The notes below the pieces were generated by a model that had not been told where the DNA came from, ran no database searches, and was given only the letters and a program-made list of their open reading frames with translations. From IMG/VR virus record IMGVR_UViG_3300025014_000002: 64,000 bases of DNA; one strand, 5' to 3'. The stretch is from a virus. This document shows positions 1 to 11,230 of the stretch, in pieces (the first letter of the stretch is position 1; every line of letters begins with the position of its first letter). The translations under genes were made by a program, and so were the position numbers.

Positions 1-63
1 AATGTCAGTAACTACGTTCTCACCTTGATAATCTTTACGGTATAATTTGCTAATCTTCTTCAT
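1..63 (-). CDS. 5' end of a gene running off the left edge (MKKISKLYRKDYQGENVVTDI...), function unknown
   Basis: ATG at 61-63 on the minus strand, purine-rich upstream sequence (CAGGAAAC), open to position 1, GATAAATA motif at 113-120. Confidence 0.6.
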   Translation of the reverse strand, partial: MKKISKLYRKDYQGENVVTDI

Positions 64-112
64 ATTGTTTCCTGTTGGAATAAGGCGATAGTATTGTTAT
101 ATACTACCACTT

Positions 113-120
113 TATTTATC
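113..120 (-). promoter_or_regulatory. T4-like late promoter motif GATAAATA
   Basis: TAAATA core recurs upstream of at least 13 genes in the window; a gp55-like late sigma factor is encoded at 44261-45280. Confidence 0.6.
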
Positions 121-121
121 C

Positions 122-3100
122 TTACATACGGCCAACCACAACTTCGATAACACCTTCTTCGCCGCTAAAGTTTTCCAAGGACTTGCCAATCACTTGACCG
201 AGTTTTGGATCTGCCTCTGCACGGGCACGGCCATTACCAGCAGCAACCAGCATATCTCCTTTAGATACATTACCAGTTACTTTACACGGTACACGACCTT
301 GTAACGCTACTGCTGCTTTAGTGCCATCAAGAGTGCTGTTCATCAAGTAAGCTGGGTTAGTGGATACTACCCCTGCCAGTTTTCTTGTTCCGTCTGTTGC
401 TAAGGTAACTTCAGCATCACCACCAAACTCTAACACTGTACCAACTTCATATTCTGCGTCAGCAGTATAATTTTCTGCCAAGTCGGCGAATTGTGCTTGC
501 GATGCGGTGGCAGCAATGGTGCCGGCACTAAAGTTACCACTTGCATCACGTAATACGATTGTATTTGCCGTGTTAGCTGAAGTAGCAGTAATGGTTGCTG
601 AGTTTGCTTGACTGGTAATTGTACCAGCAGTCGTAGCAGACCCAACGATGTTCATCGTTTGACCACTTAGGAAAGTAGCCACCGCCGCTGCTGTGCCAGT
701 ACGCAAATAGTTGTCACCAACTTTAACCATTACACCAGTTACTCCAGAAACGGCACTGTTGTCTGATGAGTTAAAGTATGTGTTGATAATATGGCCACTT
801 GCGTCAGCTTGGACAATACGGTTCGCAACACCAGCACTAGCACTATTTGTATACGTGTTCAATGCCGCTGAGTTAGTTGCCGTACCAGCAAACGTAGTAG
901 CAGTTATTGTACTTGTATTTGGAGTAATAGTAATAGATGGTGTATAGTACAATGATCCACTTGAAGTCCAGTTGATTGGGTAACTTCCAGTAGCTGCTGA
1001 CGAAGTTAATACTACCTTATCCGCTGTACCTGTCAGGTTACCAGTAACGTTACCAGTAACGTTACCAGTTAACGGACCACTGAAACTAGTTGCTGTCAAT
1101 GCACCAGTCAATGTGCCGCCAGTTAGAGGTAAGTCAAGTGATGCGTGGCCAGTAACTGCACCAGTTAAAGGACCGCTAAATGATCCAGCAGTTACGGCAC
1201 CAGTAACACCCAAAGATGTTAAAGTACCAACCGAAGTGATTGCTGGTTGTGCTGCTGCTGCTACTGTTGCTGCTGAACCAGATACGTTTCCAGTGACATT
1301 ACCAGTGACATTACCAGTAACATTTCCAGTAACATTTCCAGAAACATCACCAGTTACTGGACCAGTAAATCCAGTTGCTGTTAACGCACCAGTCAGTGTA
1401 CCACCAGTTAGAGGTAGGTCAAGAGATGCGTGACCAGTGACAGTACCAGTTAGTGGACCGCTAAATGATGTAGCGGATACTTTCTTGTTAAAGTTAAAGC
1501 TGTCATCTGCGTTTGCATATAACAGGGTTGCATTGGCACCTGCTACCGTCAATCCAGCACCATTTGCTGCGGCTGCTGTACCTGCACCACTTGCGATAAC
1601 GATATTAGTATCTGCAGTTGAAACAGTCGTTGAGTTAATAGTTGTAGTTGTACCATTTACTATTAAGTTACCATCAACTACCAAGTTCGTACCAATATTT
1701 GCTGCGCCAGATGTAGTCAATGAAGTCAAAGTTCCAACTGAAGTGATAGCTGGTTGTGCTGCTGCTGTTACTGTTGCTGCTGAACCAGATACGTTACCAG
1801 TGACATTACCAGTTAAAGGACCGCTAAATGCCCCAGCAGTTACCGCTCCAGTAACACCCAAAGATGTTAAAGTTCCAACTGAAGTGATAGCTGGTTGTGC
1901 TGCTGCTGTTACTATTGCTGCTGAACCAGATACGTTACCAATGACATTACCAGTTAAAGGACCACTAAACGATCCAGCAGTTAAGGCCCCAGCTACAGAC
2001 AATGTTTGCATTGATGCTGATGTTGTTCCTGACACTGTCAAGTTACCTGACACTGTCAAGTTACCCAATGTTGCTGTACTATTTTTAGCTACGAAAGTTG
2101 TATTAGCCCAAGGTTTGTCAGCCATCGCAATGGTTGACCCAACTGGTCCAAACTGTAACGATTGATCTGCTTCTGTAAATACTAACTGATAGCTGCCAAG
2201 TTGACCGCGAGCAAACTGAATACCCGAAGTACCATTCGTAACGCCCATCCCTGCTTCGCCCGAGTTTAAAATAACCACCGGATCTTGAACATTTAGTTGA
2301 GCAGCATTTACAGTGGCTTGGGTGCCTGTAATAGTTACGTTGCCATTTAATACTGAGTTTCCGTTTACAGTAAATGATCCAGTATTAGTAGTAGTACCAG
2401 TTAAAGTTAATGCCGGAGCAGTAAGTTCTAAAGCAGTAGTAGACAGTAGTTTTGTCTTTGAACCAGTGCCGTTGGATTGAATAGTTACATCAGCATTGTT
2501 ACCAGTTGTCTGAAGTGCCATCGGAGCAGCAGATACTAATGACATTGCTCCAGCTGCACCAGATGTTTGCAAGCTCAAAGATTGGCCTGGATCAGTGTGA
2601 ACGTTAACTACAGTACCAGTTGTACCCAAAATAGGAGTTTCACCTAAATATAAGGTGTTTGTTGATAAACGCAAATCGTTTACCCAAATAGTTTGGAATC
2701 GCTGTGTTGAGCTGCCGATGTTACTTACGTTAGTTACGTGAGGCAAAATATCGTTAGTAGTCAATGTTCCAGTTGCATCAAGAGTCGTAAAGTATGCTGG
2801 GGCAGGAGTTGTTCCACCAATGGTAGTATTGTTAATTGTACCACCCGTAGTAATAATATTGTTTGTAATAACTTCACCAGTTGGTGACAACACGGTTGCC
2901 CCAACTATAAAGTTATTAGTAGTTACAACATTAGCAGTTGTTCTGATTTCACCAGTTGTTCCGTTAATCGTAGTTGCACCAACTGTAATATTACCAGTTG
3001 TACCATCAATAATAGTGCTACCTACTTGAATATTTCCTGTTGTTGTCAAGTTACCTGTCGCTGCAGTAATAACAGTAGGGCCTACTTCCAACCCAGTTTT

Positions 3101-3130
3101 TACTACGAAATTTTCATTTATATTTGCCAT
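122..3130 (-). CDS. Tail fibre/spike-like virion protein with C-terminal intramolecular-chaperone (Peptidase G2/IMC-like) domain
   Basis: 1002 aa, T/G/S/A-rich; three copies of AAAQPAITSVGTLTSL; C-terminus DLAENYTADAEYEVGTVLEFGG...VALQGRVPCKV...VIGKSLE resembles phage fibre chaperone domains. Confidence 0.7.
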   Translation of the reverse strand: MANINENFVVKTGLEVGPTVITAATGNLTTTGNIQVGSTIIDGTTGNITVGATTINGTTGEIRTTANVVTTNNFIVGATVLSPTGEVITNNIITTGGTINNTTIGGTTPAPAYFTTLDATGTLTTNDILPHVTNVSNIGSSTQRFQTIWVNDLRLSTNTLYLGETPILGTTGTVVNVHTDPGQSLSLQTSGAAGAMSLVSAAPMALQTTGNNADVTIQSNGTGSKTKLLSTTALELTAPALTLTGTTTNTGSFTVNGNSVLNGNVTITGTQATVNAAQLNVQDPVVILNSGEAGMGVTNGTSGIQFARGQLGSYQLVFTEADQSLQFGPVGSTIAMADKPWANTTFVAKNSTATLGNLTVSGNLTVSGTTSASMQTLSVAGALTAGSFSGPLTGNVIGNVSGSAAIVTAAAQPAITSVGTLTSLGVTGAVTAGAFSGPLTGNVTGNVSGSAATVTAAAQPAITSVGTLTSLTTSGAANIGTNLVVDGNLIVNGTTTTINSTTVSTADTNIVIASGAGTAAAANGAGLTVAGANATLLYANADDSFNFNKKVSATSFSGPLTGTVTGHASLDLPLTGGTLTGALTATGFTGPVTGDVSGNVTGNVTGNVTGNVTGNVSGSAATVAAAAQPAITSVGTLTSLGVTGAVTAGSFSGPLTGAVTGHASLDLPLTGGTLTGALTATSFSGPLTGNVTGNVTGNLTGTADKVVLTSSAATGSYPINWTSSGSLYYTPSITITPNTSTITATTFAGTATNSAALNTYTNSASAGVANRIVQADASGHIINTYFNSSDNSAVSGVTGVMVKVGDNYLRTGTAAAVATFLSGQTMNIVGSATTAGTITSQANSATITATSANTANTIVLRDASGNFSAGTIAATASQAQFADLAENYTADAEYEVGTVLEFGGDAEVTLATDGTRKLAGVVSTNPAYLMNSTLDGTKAAVALQGRVPCKVTGNVSKGDMLVAAGNGRARAEADPKLGQVIGKSLENFSGEEGVIEVVVGRM

Positions 3131-3190
3131 CTAAAACTCCTGTTTACTATCTCTTCATATATCTGCCCACTGCTTCAATATGTTTTATTT

Positions 3191-3221
3191 AGGTACAGGG
3201 TGGATAAACCACCCTGTACCT
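3191..3221. terminator. 13 bp perfect hairpin, possible terminator or processing site between fibre genes
   Basis: AGGTACAGGGTGG-ATAAA-CCACCCTGTACCT; followed on the minus strand by a TAAATA motif (3186-3191). Confidence 0.5.
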
Positions 3222-3236
3222 TTATTTACTTACTTC

Positions 3237-6200
3237 TTACACAGCAATATATGAGCGTAAAACTTTAGCAGTATTGCCTGCTGCAGTACCTGTCGCTTCT
3301 AATATTACGTTACCACCACTTATATTAGCTGTAAATGTCGCAAAAGTTGATCCTGTGGAGCTAGTAACACCATAGGTCGTAATGTATGCGTTAATCCCAT
3401 TGTGGACCACTAATACTTCAGCAACTTGATAGTTTGACCCATTAGTTACTGACACTACATATTTCGCACTGCGATATGTTGCTGCGGCAAAAGTATCTAT
3501 TGTAGTTGCTGATGTTCCAAAACTCGTGCCAGCTTCTGTTGCTACCAATGGAGCCCCACCAGACAATGTCAAAGTAGTGGTTGCTTCAGCAGTTGTAAAC
3601 TTGCCAGTTGATGGTGTTACTGCACCAATGGGTGTATTATCTACGGCTGACAAGCTGAAACTTACACCGCTAATAGAACCACCGCTGATTACCACGTTGC
3701 TTGCATAGATATTATCTACTACTGCAGTTGGACTACCAATGTCACGGCCTGCACCTACTGGTAACAATGCACCAGTTGCCCCGTCAAACTTCCAAGTATT
3801 TGTACTTGAAGTAAGTCCAGTCCAAACTTCTAATGCTGAGTCATCAGGAATGATTTGGTTAAATCCATTTGGACTTGCCAATCCGCTAATAGTTTGCGTT
3901 GTAACCAATACACGAACATCAATAACGTCTGTTGTTAATGGAGCCCCACTGAACTGCAAGGTCGTACCCGCAACACTGTATGCTAAACCAGGGATTTGAA
4001 CCACACCGTTAATACTTACAATAGTGCTGTTTGTAGTGGATGCTGCATTCAACACAAAGTTGGTTGTCGTACCGTCACCAGTAAACTGCTGATCAGTAAT
4101 CAGTGTAAACACTGTTTCAGTAGATGCCCATTGTGAACCGTTCCAGAACTCAAGTTGATTGAAAGTTGAGTTATAACGTGCCATACCTGCTACTGGAGTA
4201 GCTGGGCGTTGACCGCTTGTACCCACTGGCAGTATAATAGAGTCGTTACTGTTGATTTGCAGTTTCGCACCAGCAGTAAATCCACTTGACAACGCTACGT
4301 TACCACCAATCATAACTTGATCAGTTGATGCACTTGCAAACAACAAGGAGTCGTCGTTAACGCCTTTAATCACAGTGTTAACTGCTGTCTTGTTGCTGTT
4401 GATCGTTGAGCCTTCACCAATATTAACGTTACCAGACACACCAACACCGCCAATCACTACAATCGAACCCGTTGAGGTTGATGTGCTAGCAATGTTAGCA
4501 TTAGCTGTAAACTGCCCTGTCACTGTGCTAGTTGCTGCTACCAGTGTTGTAAAGTCACCAGTGCTGCCAGAGATTGGAGTGCCTGTAATAGCACCGCCAG
4601 TTACTTGAGCATTAGCTGTTACCAAGCTGTTAACAGTAGCAGCACCGCTTGTTGACATTGTTGTGAACGCACCAGTTGATCCAGAGATTGGAGTGCCAGT
4701 GATCGTTCCACCTGTCAACGCAACGTTACCCGATACCAAGTTCGTTACTGTGCCAGTTGTTGCTGCCAATGTTGTGAATCCACCTGTGCTGCCAGATATA
4801 GGAGTGCCTGTAATAGCACCACCAGACACCTGAGCGTTAGCTGTAGTCATTGTTGTAAAGACACCAGTTGAGCCGCTGATTGGAGTAGAGTTGATGACAC
4901 CACCCGAAATCTGTGCGTTACCAGTTGCTAATGTAGCAGCGTTTACTAATCCAGCAGTCGTAGTGCCTGACACTGTCAAGTTAGCCAATGTACCAAGACC
5001 AGTTACGTTTGGCTGATACGCTGTTTGCAGTGTACCAGTAATGCCAGCGGATGCTGACAGTGTTGTAAAGTCACCAGTGTTACCAGAGATTGGTGTATTT
5101 GTAATCGCACCACCTGAAATATGTGCGTTAGCTGTTACCAACGATCCAGTAGTAGTAGCGTTGGTTACGTCAAGCGATGTCAATGTGCCAAGTGATGTTA
5201 CGTTTGGCTGTGCTGCAGTTTGTAGCGTACCAGTAATACCACCTGTTGCTGACAACGTTGTAAACGCACCAGTGCTTGGAGCAGCATTGCCGATTGGTGT
5301 GTTGTTGATGCTTGTGGCCGACAACAAACCTGCGTTCAATGTTGTAAACGCACCAGTAGAAGGTGTTACACTACCGATCGGGGTGCTGTCAACTAAACCA
5401 CCCGTAATCTGCGCATCAGCCGTGGTCAGTGTGTTAGCGTTAACCACCATGTTGCTGATTGATCCAGCAGTTGTTGGGTTAACTGTTACCGTACCAGTTG
5501 CTGGCGACAAGGTTACGCCGTTATTAGCTGTTACTGTGCCGTTAAACACTGTCGCAGCGTTAGCAGTTACCGCACCTTCAAGTGCTACTGTGCTGTTGGC
5601 TGTTACTGTGCCGTTGAACACTGCGGCACCGTTCGAAGTCACTGTGCCTGCTGTATTCAAATCTGCTACGTTTGCTGTGCCACTTACTTGCAAGCTGCTT
5701 GTAACGGTGTCTGTTGCTGTTAGCGTTGTAAACGTACCGGTCGAAGCGATTGCGTTACCGATTGGCGTGTTGTTGATGCTTGAAGCTGTGAAACTATCTG
5801 CAGTTAAGGACGTGAACGAACCAGTTTCTCCAGAGATCGGAGTGTTTGTAATGGTGCCACCAGTTATTGTAACGTTGCCCGATGCCAAGTTTGTTACTGT
5901 ACCGTTAGTTGCTGCCAAGTTAGCTAACCCAGTTACGTTGCCACCAGTTACTGTAACGTTGCCTGATGCCAAGTTTGTTACTGAACCAGTTGTTGCTGCC
6001 AATGTTGTCAAACCAGTTATGTCACCGCCAGTTACTTGAGCGTTAGCTGTAGATACTGTACCAGCAGATGCTGTGCCAGTTACTGCCAAGCTAGTCAAAG
6101 TGCCAACGCTTGTTACGTTTGGTTGAGCTGCTGTCTGCAGTGTGCCAGTTAGGTTTGTACCAACCACGTTACCGCGGAATTCTGTCGACACCACTGGCAA

Positions 6201-9200
6201 GTTCAAGTTCCAAGTCTGTGTGGCCTGTGTGTACAAGATCGTTGCTGCTGCTGGACCGTCAACTGTAATACCAGCACCGTCTGCTGCTGTATCTGTCAAC
6301 GCACCTTGGGCAATAGTAATGTTTTTGTCAGCTACGTTTAATGTTGACGATGTCAATGTTGTCATGCTACCAACAACTTCCAAGTTGCCAGTTACAACAA
6401 CATTACCGCCTACGTTCAAGTTTTTAGCAATGCCAACACCACCGTCAACTACCAGAGCGCCGTTAGTAATAGCAGTGCTTTCAGTTGTATCTGTAATGTG
6501 TGTCAAACCAGATGCTGACAAGGTCGTAAACGCTGCAGTGCTTGGAGTAGCATTGCCGATTGGTGTGTTGTTGATGCTTGTAGAAGTAAAGCTACCTGCC
6601 GTCAAGTTCGTAAAGCTACCAGTGCTGCCAGATATTGGAGTGCCTGTAATAGCACCACCAGTTACTTGAGCGTTGGCCGTTACTAACGATCCTGTTGATG
6701 TTTCACCAGTTACGCTAACGTTACCGTTAACTGCCAAACCAGTCAATGTGCCAACGCTTGTTACGTTTGGCTGTGCTACTGTTGTCAGTGTACCACCAAC
6801 ATCGGTTGCGTTCATCGTTGTAAATGTACCTGCTGCTGCAGTTGTGCCACCAATAACCGTGCCGTCAATAGCACCACCAGTTACTTGAGCGTTACCGGTA
6901 GTCAACACTGTGAAGCTACCAGTTGAGCCAGAGATTGGAGTGCTTGCAATCGTTCCGCCTGTGATAGCCACAGACGGTGAGGTCATCACTGTAAAGCTAC
7001 CAGTTGATCCGCTTACTGTAGTGTTTGTAATAGCACCGCCAGACAGTGCAACATTACCCGATGTCAAGTTCGTTACTGTACCGTTAGTTGCTGACAAGTT
7101 AGCTAAACCAGTTGCAGATCCGCCAGTTACTTGAACGTTAGCTGTTACCAAGCTGTTAACGTTAGCTTCACTGCTTGTTGCCAATGTAGTAAACGAGCCA
7201 GTTGATCCAGAGATTGGTGTAGCTGAAATAGCACCGCCAGTGATCTGTGCGTTGCTTGTCGTCAATGACGATAAGGTTGCTGTGCCGCCAGTTATTGTAA
7301 CATTGCTTGATGTCAAGTTCGTTACTGTGCCAGTTGTTGCTGACAGTGTTGTCAAACCAGTTACGTCGCCGCCAGTCAATGTAGCATTGCTTGATGTTAA
7401 GTTTGTTACTGTTCCAGTTGCTGCTGTTAGGTTAGATAACCCAGTAACTGAGCCGCCAGTTACTTGGGCATTGGCTGTTACCAAACTGTTAACGGTTGCT
7501 GTATTGCTTGATGTCAACGTAGTGAAGCTACCAGAGCTGCCAGAGATTGGTGTGCTTGTAATAGCACCGCCGGAAATCTGTGCGTTTCCTGAAGTTAAGT
7601 TAGTAACCGTGCCGTCAGTGGCTGACATTGTTGACAGCCCAGTTACACTACCGCTTGTAGCTTGTAGGTTAGACACCGTGGCTGTTGTAAACGAACCAGT
7701 TGATCCAGAGATTGGAGTGTTAGCAATCGTGCCACCAGTTAATGTAACATTGCTTGATGCCAAGTTCGTTACTGTACCAGTTGTTGCTGACAATGTCGTT
7801 AGTCCAGTTACATCACCGCTTGTGGCTTGCAAGTTAGATGCGGTTACTGATGTCAAAGTTGCTGTGCCGCCAGTCAACGTAACATTGCTCGATGTCAAGT
7901 TCGTTACTGCTCCAGTTGTTGCTGACAGTGTTGTTAAACCAGTTACGTCGCCGCCAGTTACTTGAGCGTTAGCTGTTGTCAATGTACCAGTGCTGGTATT
8001 ACCAGTAATGGATGCACTTGCGCCAGAGATCGCACCAGTTACGGTTGCGGAACCACTAACACCAATGTTTGGAATATTGACATCTTTGTTAAATGTCCAG
8101 TCGTCATTTGTACCTGAGTACAACATAGTAGCATTCGCGCCAGCTACTGTCAAGCCAGCACCGTTAGCTGTTGCGGAATCTATTGCCCCAGATGCTAGAG
8201 TAATGTTTACGTCTGCTGTGGACAATGTTGTAGAGTTAACAGTAGTGCTGGTTCCTTGAACTATCAAGTTACCACCAATGATTGTATCGCCGCCTACGTT
8301 CAAGTTCTTGGCAATACCAACGCCGCCTGCCACTGTCAACGCACCATCCGTAGTAACGGTTGACTGTGTGGTATCAGTAATGCTTGTTAAACCAGTTGCT
8401 GACAATGTTGTAAACGCACCAGTTGAAGGTGTAGCATTACCAACTGGAGTGTTGTTAATAGCTACTGCTGTGATGCTATCTGCTGTCAAGTTTGTGAAAT
8501 CACCAGTTACTGCGCTTACTGTTGTGAAACCGGTTGCTGACCCACCAGTTAATGTAACATTGCTTGATGCCAAGTTCGTTACTGTACCAGTCGTTGCTGA
8601 CAATGTCGTCAGTCCAGTTACATCACCGCTTGTGGCTTGCAGGTTAGATGCAGTTGCAGTTGTAAATGTCCCTGCTGCTGCTGTCGTACCACCAATAACC
8701 GTGTCGTCAATAGTACCACCAGTTAATGTAACATTGCTTGATGCCAAGTTCGTTACTGTACCAGTTGTTGCTGACAATGTCGTTAGTCCAGTTACATCAC
8801 CGCTTGTGGCTTGCAAGTTGCCTGTTGTTAAGGTTGTGAAGCTACCAGAGCTGCCAGAGATTGGTGTGCCTGTAATAGCACCGCCGGAAATCTGTGCGTT
8901 AGAAGTAGTTACTGATGTGAAACTGCCAGTAGCGCCAGTGATTGGAGTGTTAGCAATCGTGCCACCAGTTAATGTAACATTGCTTGATGCCAAGTTCGTT
9001 ACTGTACCAGTTGTTGCTGACAATGTCGTCAGTCCAGTTACATCACCGCTTGTGGCTTGCAAGTTGCCTGTTGTTAAGGTTGTGAAGCTACCAGTGCTGC
9101 CAGAGATTGGTGTGTTTGTAATAGCACCGCCGGAAATCTGTGCGTTAGAAGTAGTTACTGATGTGAAACTGCCAGTAGCGCCAGTGATTGGAGTGTTAGC

Positions 9201-11213
9201 AATCGTGCCACCAGATATTGTCACGTTAGTTGAGTTCAAGTTCGTTACTGTGCCAGTTGTTGCTGACAACGTTGTCAAACCAGTTACTGAACCGCTTGTG
9301 GCTTGCAGGTTAGATGCAGTTGCAGTTGTAAATGTCCCTGCTGCTGCTGTCGTACCACCAATAACCGTGTCGTCAATAGTACCACCAGTGATAGCAACGT
9401 TGTCTGATACCAATGTAGTTGCGGTAACTGCCGTCCCAGTGATTGTACCACCAGTAATAGTTGCCGATGGTGTAGACAATGTAGTAAAGCTACCAGAGCT
9501 GCCAGAGATTGGTGTGCCTGTAATAGCACCGCCGGAAATCTGTGCATTTCCTGAAGTTAGGTTAGTAATCGTGCCGCCAGTGGCTGACAATGTTGTCAGC
9601 CCAGTTACGCTACCGCTTGTTGCTTGCAAGTTACCCACTGTGGCTGTTGTAAACCCGCCAGTTGATCCAGAGATTGGAGTACCAGTAATAGCACCACCAG
9701 TGATTTGTGCGTTACCTGTTGTCAGCGTAGTCGCGCCAACTGTAGAACCGCTTACTGGAGTACCGGTAATAGCACCACCAGTGATCTGCGCATCGCCTGT
9801 TGTTAGCGTAGTTGCGTTAACTGTTGTACCACTTATAGAACCACCAGTTACTTGAGCGTTAGCTGTTGTTAATGTGCCAGTGCTGGTGTTGCCAGTAATG
9901 GATGCACTTGCGCCAGATATCGCGCCAGTTACAGCTAAGTCACCTGTCAACCCTAAGTTAGGAATATTGACGTCCTTGTTAAATGTCCAGTCGTCGTTCG
10001 TACCCGAATACAGCATCGTGGCATTTGCGCCGGCAACTGTCAAGCCAGCACCGTCTGCTTGAGCGCCAGAAAGTGCGCCGCTTGCCATTGTAATGTTTAC
10101 GTCTGCTGTGGACAATGTCGTAGAGTTAACAGTAGTGCTGGTTCCTTGAACTGTCAAGTTACCACCAATGATTGTATCTCCGCCTACGTTCAAGTTCTTA
10201 GCAATACCAACACCACCTGCCACTACTAACGAACCGTTTGATGTGAGCGTTGACTGTGTTGCATCAGTCAGTGTAGTTGCGCCCGAAGCCGTTAACGTTG
10301 TGAAGGCTGCTGTGGATGGTACCGCATTGCCAATCGGTGTGTTATTGATGCTTGAGAACGTTGCAGGGCCGCCTGTCACTGTTGTAAAGGTTGCTGCTGC
10401 TGGTGTTGTTCCACCAATAACTGCCCCATCTATTGCACCGCCATTGATGTCAACAGTTGTGAAGGTTGAAGTTCCTGTTGAAGTAACGTTACCTGCGAAC
10501 GTTGGTGCTGTTACTGTGCCAGTTGCGGTTACTGTGCTGTTAACTGTCAGCGCACCTTGAACTGTAGTTTGATCGTTCAACACTACCGAACCAGTTCCAT
10601 TGGCATCGATCGTTACGTTGCCGTTTGTTACACTTGTACCAAGGGTGGCACCATTGACTGTCAAATCACCAATTGCGGAGTTGTTGCTTGCACCAAGAGT
10701 ACCGCTGTATGTGTACCCTACGATAAAGATTACTTTGCCTGACAATGCTGCTGGAACGTTGGTATCAGCAAAGTTCAATACACCAGCTTGATAATCAAAA
10801 ATCCAAGCATCATTGTTGATACCATCAGGAGCCAGCAATGTACCAGTAAGTTGAGGATTTGTGGCACCAAGTGAATCAGCATACACTTTAACGCTGTATG
10901 TTGAGCCGAACTGTGGAGGAATCCAGTTTGAAACACCAGAGATCCAAGTTCTTGTGGATGGAACTACCGTAGAATCAGCGGTTGCTAATACTGCGCTAAT
11001 TCCAGTTCTAACTACGACTGGGCTTGCTGAAACTGCAGGAGCTTCAGCTGGAATTGACCCAGATTGGTTCCAAATCGCGTCACCACGAACTAACAGTGGG
11101 CTAGGAATGGATTCATTACTAGGAGATTTATTTCCCGCAACGTCTGTTTTCGTAACGCCAAATACGAGTTTCTTGTATAAGTCGTCAATTTTTTGTGTAT
11201 CGCTGATTGCCAT
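3237..11213 (-). CDS. Giant low-complexity fibre/adhesin-like virion protein (2658 aa)
   Basis: Dozens of T/G/S/N/A repeats (INNTPIGNATPSTGAFTTL; NAQITGGAITGTPISGSTGSFTTL); globular ends shared with the 14420-15997 protein. Confidence 0.75.
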   Translation of the reverse strand: MAISDTQKIDDLYKKLVFGVTKTDVAGNKSPSNESIPSPLLVRGDAIWNQSGSIPAEAPAVSASPVVVRTGISAVLATADSTVVPSTRTWISGVSNWIPPQFGSTYSVKVYADSLGATNPQLTGTLLAPDGINNDAWIFDYQAGVLNFADTNVPAALSGKVIFIVGYTYSGTLGASNNSAIGDLTVNGATLGTSVTNGNVTIDANGTGSVVLNDQTTVQGALTVNSTVTATGTVTAPTFAGNVTSTGTSTFTTVDINGGAIDGAVIGGTTPAAATFTTVTGGPATFSSINNTPIGNAVPSTAAFTTLTASGATTLTDATQSTLTSNGSLVVAGGVGIAKNLNVGGDTIIGGNLTVQGTSTTVNSTTLSTADVNITMASGALSGAQADGAGLTVAGANATMLYSGTNDDWTFNKDVNIPNLGLTGDLAVTGAISGASASITGNTSTGTLTTANAQVTGGSISGTTVNATTLTTGDAQITGGAITGTPVSGSTVGATTLTTGNAQITGGAITGTPISGSTGGFTTATVGNLQATSGSVTGLTTLSATGGTITNLTSGNAQISGGAITGTPISGSSGSFTTLSTPSATITGGTITGTAVTATTLVSDNVAITGGTIDDTVIGGTTAAAGTFTTATASNLQATSGSVTGLTTLSATTGTVTNLNSTNVTISGGTIANTPITGATGSFTSVTTSNAQISGGAITNTPISGSTGSFTTLTTGNLQATSGDVTGLTTLSATTGTVTNLASSNVTLTGGTIANTPITGATGSFTSVTTSNAQISGGAITGTPISGSSGSFTTLTTGNLQATSGDVTGLTTLSATTGTVTNLASSNVTLTGGTIDDTVIGGTTAAAGTFTTATASNLQATSGDVTGLTTLSATTGTVTNLASSNVTLTGGSATGFTTVSAVTGDFTNLTADSITAVAINNTPVGNATPSTGAFTTLSATGLTSITDTTQSTVTTDGALTVAGGVGIAKNLNVGGDTIIGGNLIVQGTSTTVNSTTLSTADVNITLASGAIDSATANGAGLTVAGANATMLYSGTNDDWTFNKDVNIPNIGVSGSATVTGAISGASASITGNTSTGTLTTANAQVTGGDVTGLTTLSATTGAVTNLTSSNVTLTGGTATLTSVTASNLQATSGDVTGLTTLSATTGTVTNLASSNVTLTGGTIANTPISGSTGSFTTATVSNLQATSGSVTGLSTMSATDGTVTNLTSGNAQISGGAITSTPISGSSGSFTTLTSSNTATVNSLVTANAQVTGGSVTGLSNLTAATGTVTNLTSSNATLTGGDVTGLTTLSATTGTVTNLTSSNVTITGGTATLSSLTTSNAQITGGAISATPISGSTGSFTTLATSSEANVNSLVTANVQVTGGSATGLANLSATNGTVTNLTSGNVALSGGAITNTTVSGSTGSFTVMTSPSVAITGGTIASTPISGSTGSFTVLTTGNAQVTGGAIDGTVIGGTTAAAGTFTTMNATDVGGTLTTVAQPNVTSVGTLTGLAVNGNVSVTGETSTGSLVTANAQVTGGAITGTPISGSTGSFTNLTAGSFTSTSINNTPIGNATPSTAAFTTLSASGLTHITDTTESTAITNGALVVDGGVGIAKNLNVGGNVVVTGNLEVVGSMTTLTSSTLNVADKNITIAQGALTDTAADGAGITVDGPAAATILYTQATQTWNLNLPVVSTEFRGNVVGTNLTGTLQTAAQPNVTSVGTLTSLAVTGTASAGTVSTANAQVTGGDITGLTTLAATTGSVTNLASGNVTVTGGNVTGLANLAATNGTVTNLASGNVTITGGTITNTPISGETGSFTSLTADSFTASSINNTPIGNAIASTGTFTTLTATDTVTSSLQVSGTANVADLNTAGTVTSNGAAVFNGTVTANSTVALEGAVTANAATVFNGTVTANNGVTLSPATGTVTVNPTTAGSISNMVVNANTLTTADAQITGGLVDSTPIGSVTPSTGAFTTLNAGLLSATSINNTPIGNAAPSTGAFTTLSATGGITGTLQTAAQPNVTSLGTLTSLDVTNATTTGSLVTANAHISGGAITNTPISGNTGDFTTLSASAGITGTLQTAYQPNVTGLGTLANLTVSGTTTAGLVNAATLATGNAQISGGVINSTPISGSTGVFTTMTTANAQVSGGAITGTPISGSTGGFTTLAATTGTVTNLVSGNVALTGGTITGTPISGSTGAFTTMSTSGAATVNSLVTANAQVTGGAITGTPISGSTGDFTTLVAATSTVTGQFTANANIASTSTSTGSIVVIGGVGVSGNVNIGEGSTINSNKTAVNTVIKGVNDDSLLFASASTDQVMIGGNVALSSGFTAGAKLQINSNDSIILPVGTSGQRPATPVAGMARYNSTFNQLEFWNGSQWASTETVFTLITDQQFTGDGTTTNFVLNAASTTNSTIVSINGVVQIPGLAYSVAGTTLQFSGAPLTTDVIDVRVLVTTQTISGLASPNGFNQIIPDDSALEVWTGLTSSTNTWKFDGATGALLPVGAGRDIGSPTAVVDNIYASNVVISGGSISGVSFSLSAVDNTPIGAVTPSTGKFTTAEATTTLTLSGGAPLVATEAGTSFGTSATTIDTFAAATYRSAKYVVSVTNGSNYQVAEVLVVHNGINAYITTYGVTSSTGSTFATFTANISGGNVILEATGTAAGNTAKVLRSYIAV
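8717..9214. repeat. Near-identical 246 bp (82 aa) tandem duplication inside the giant fibre gene
   Basis: Sequence from 8761 recurs from 9007 with only a few substitutions; related copies near 7720-7840 and 8545-8640. Confidence 0.85.
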
Positions 11214-11230
11214 TTTATATTATCTCCTGA

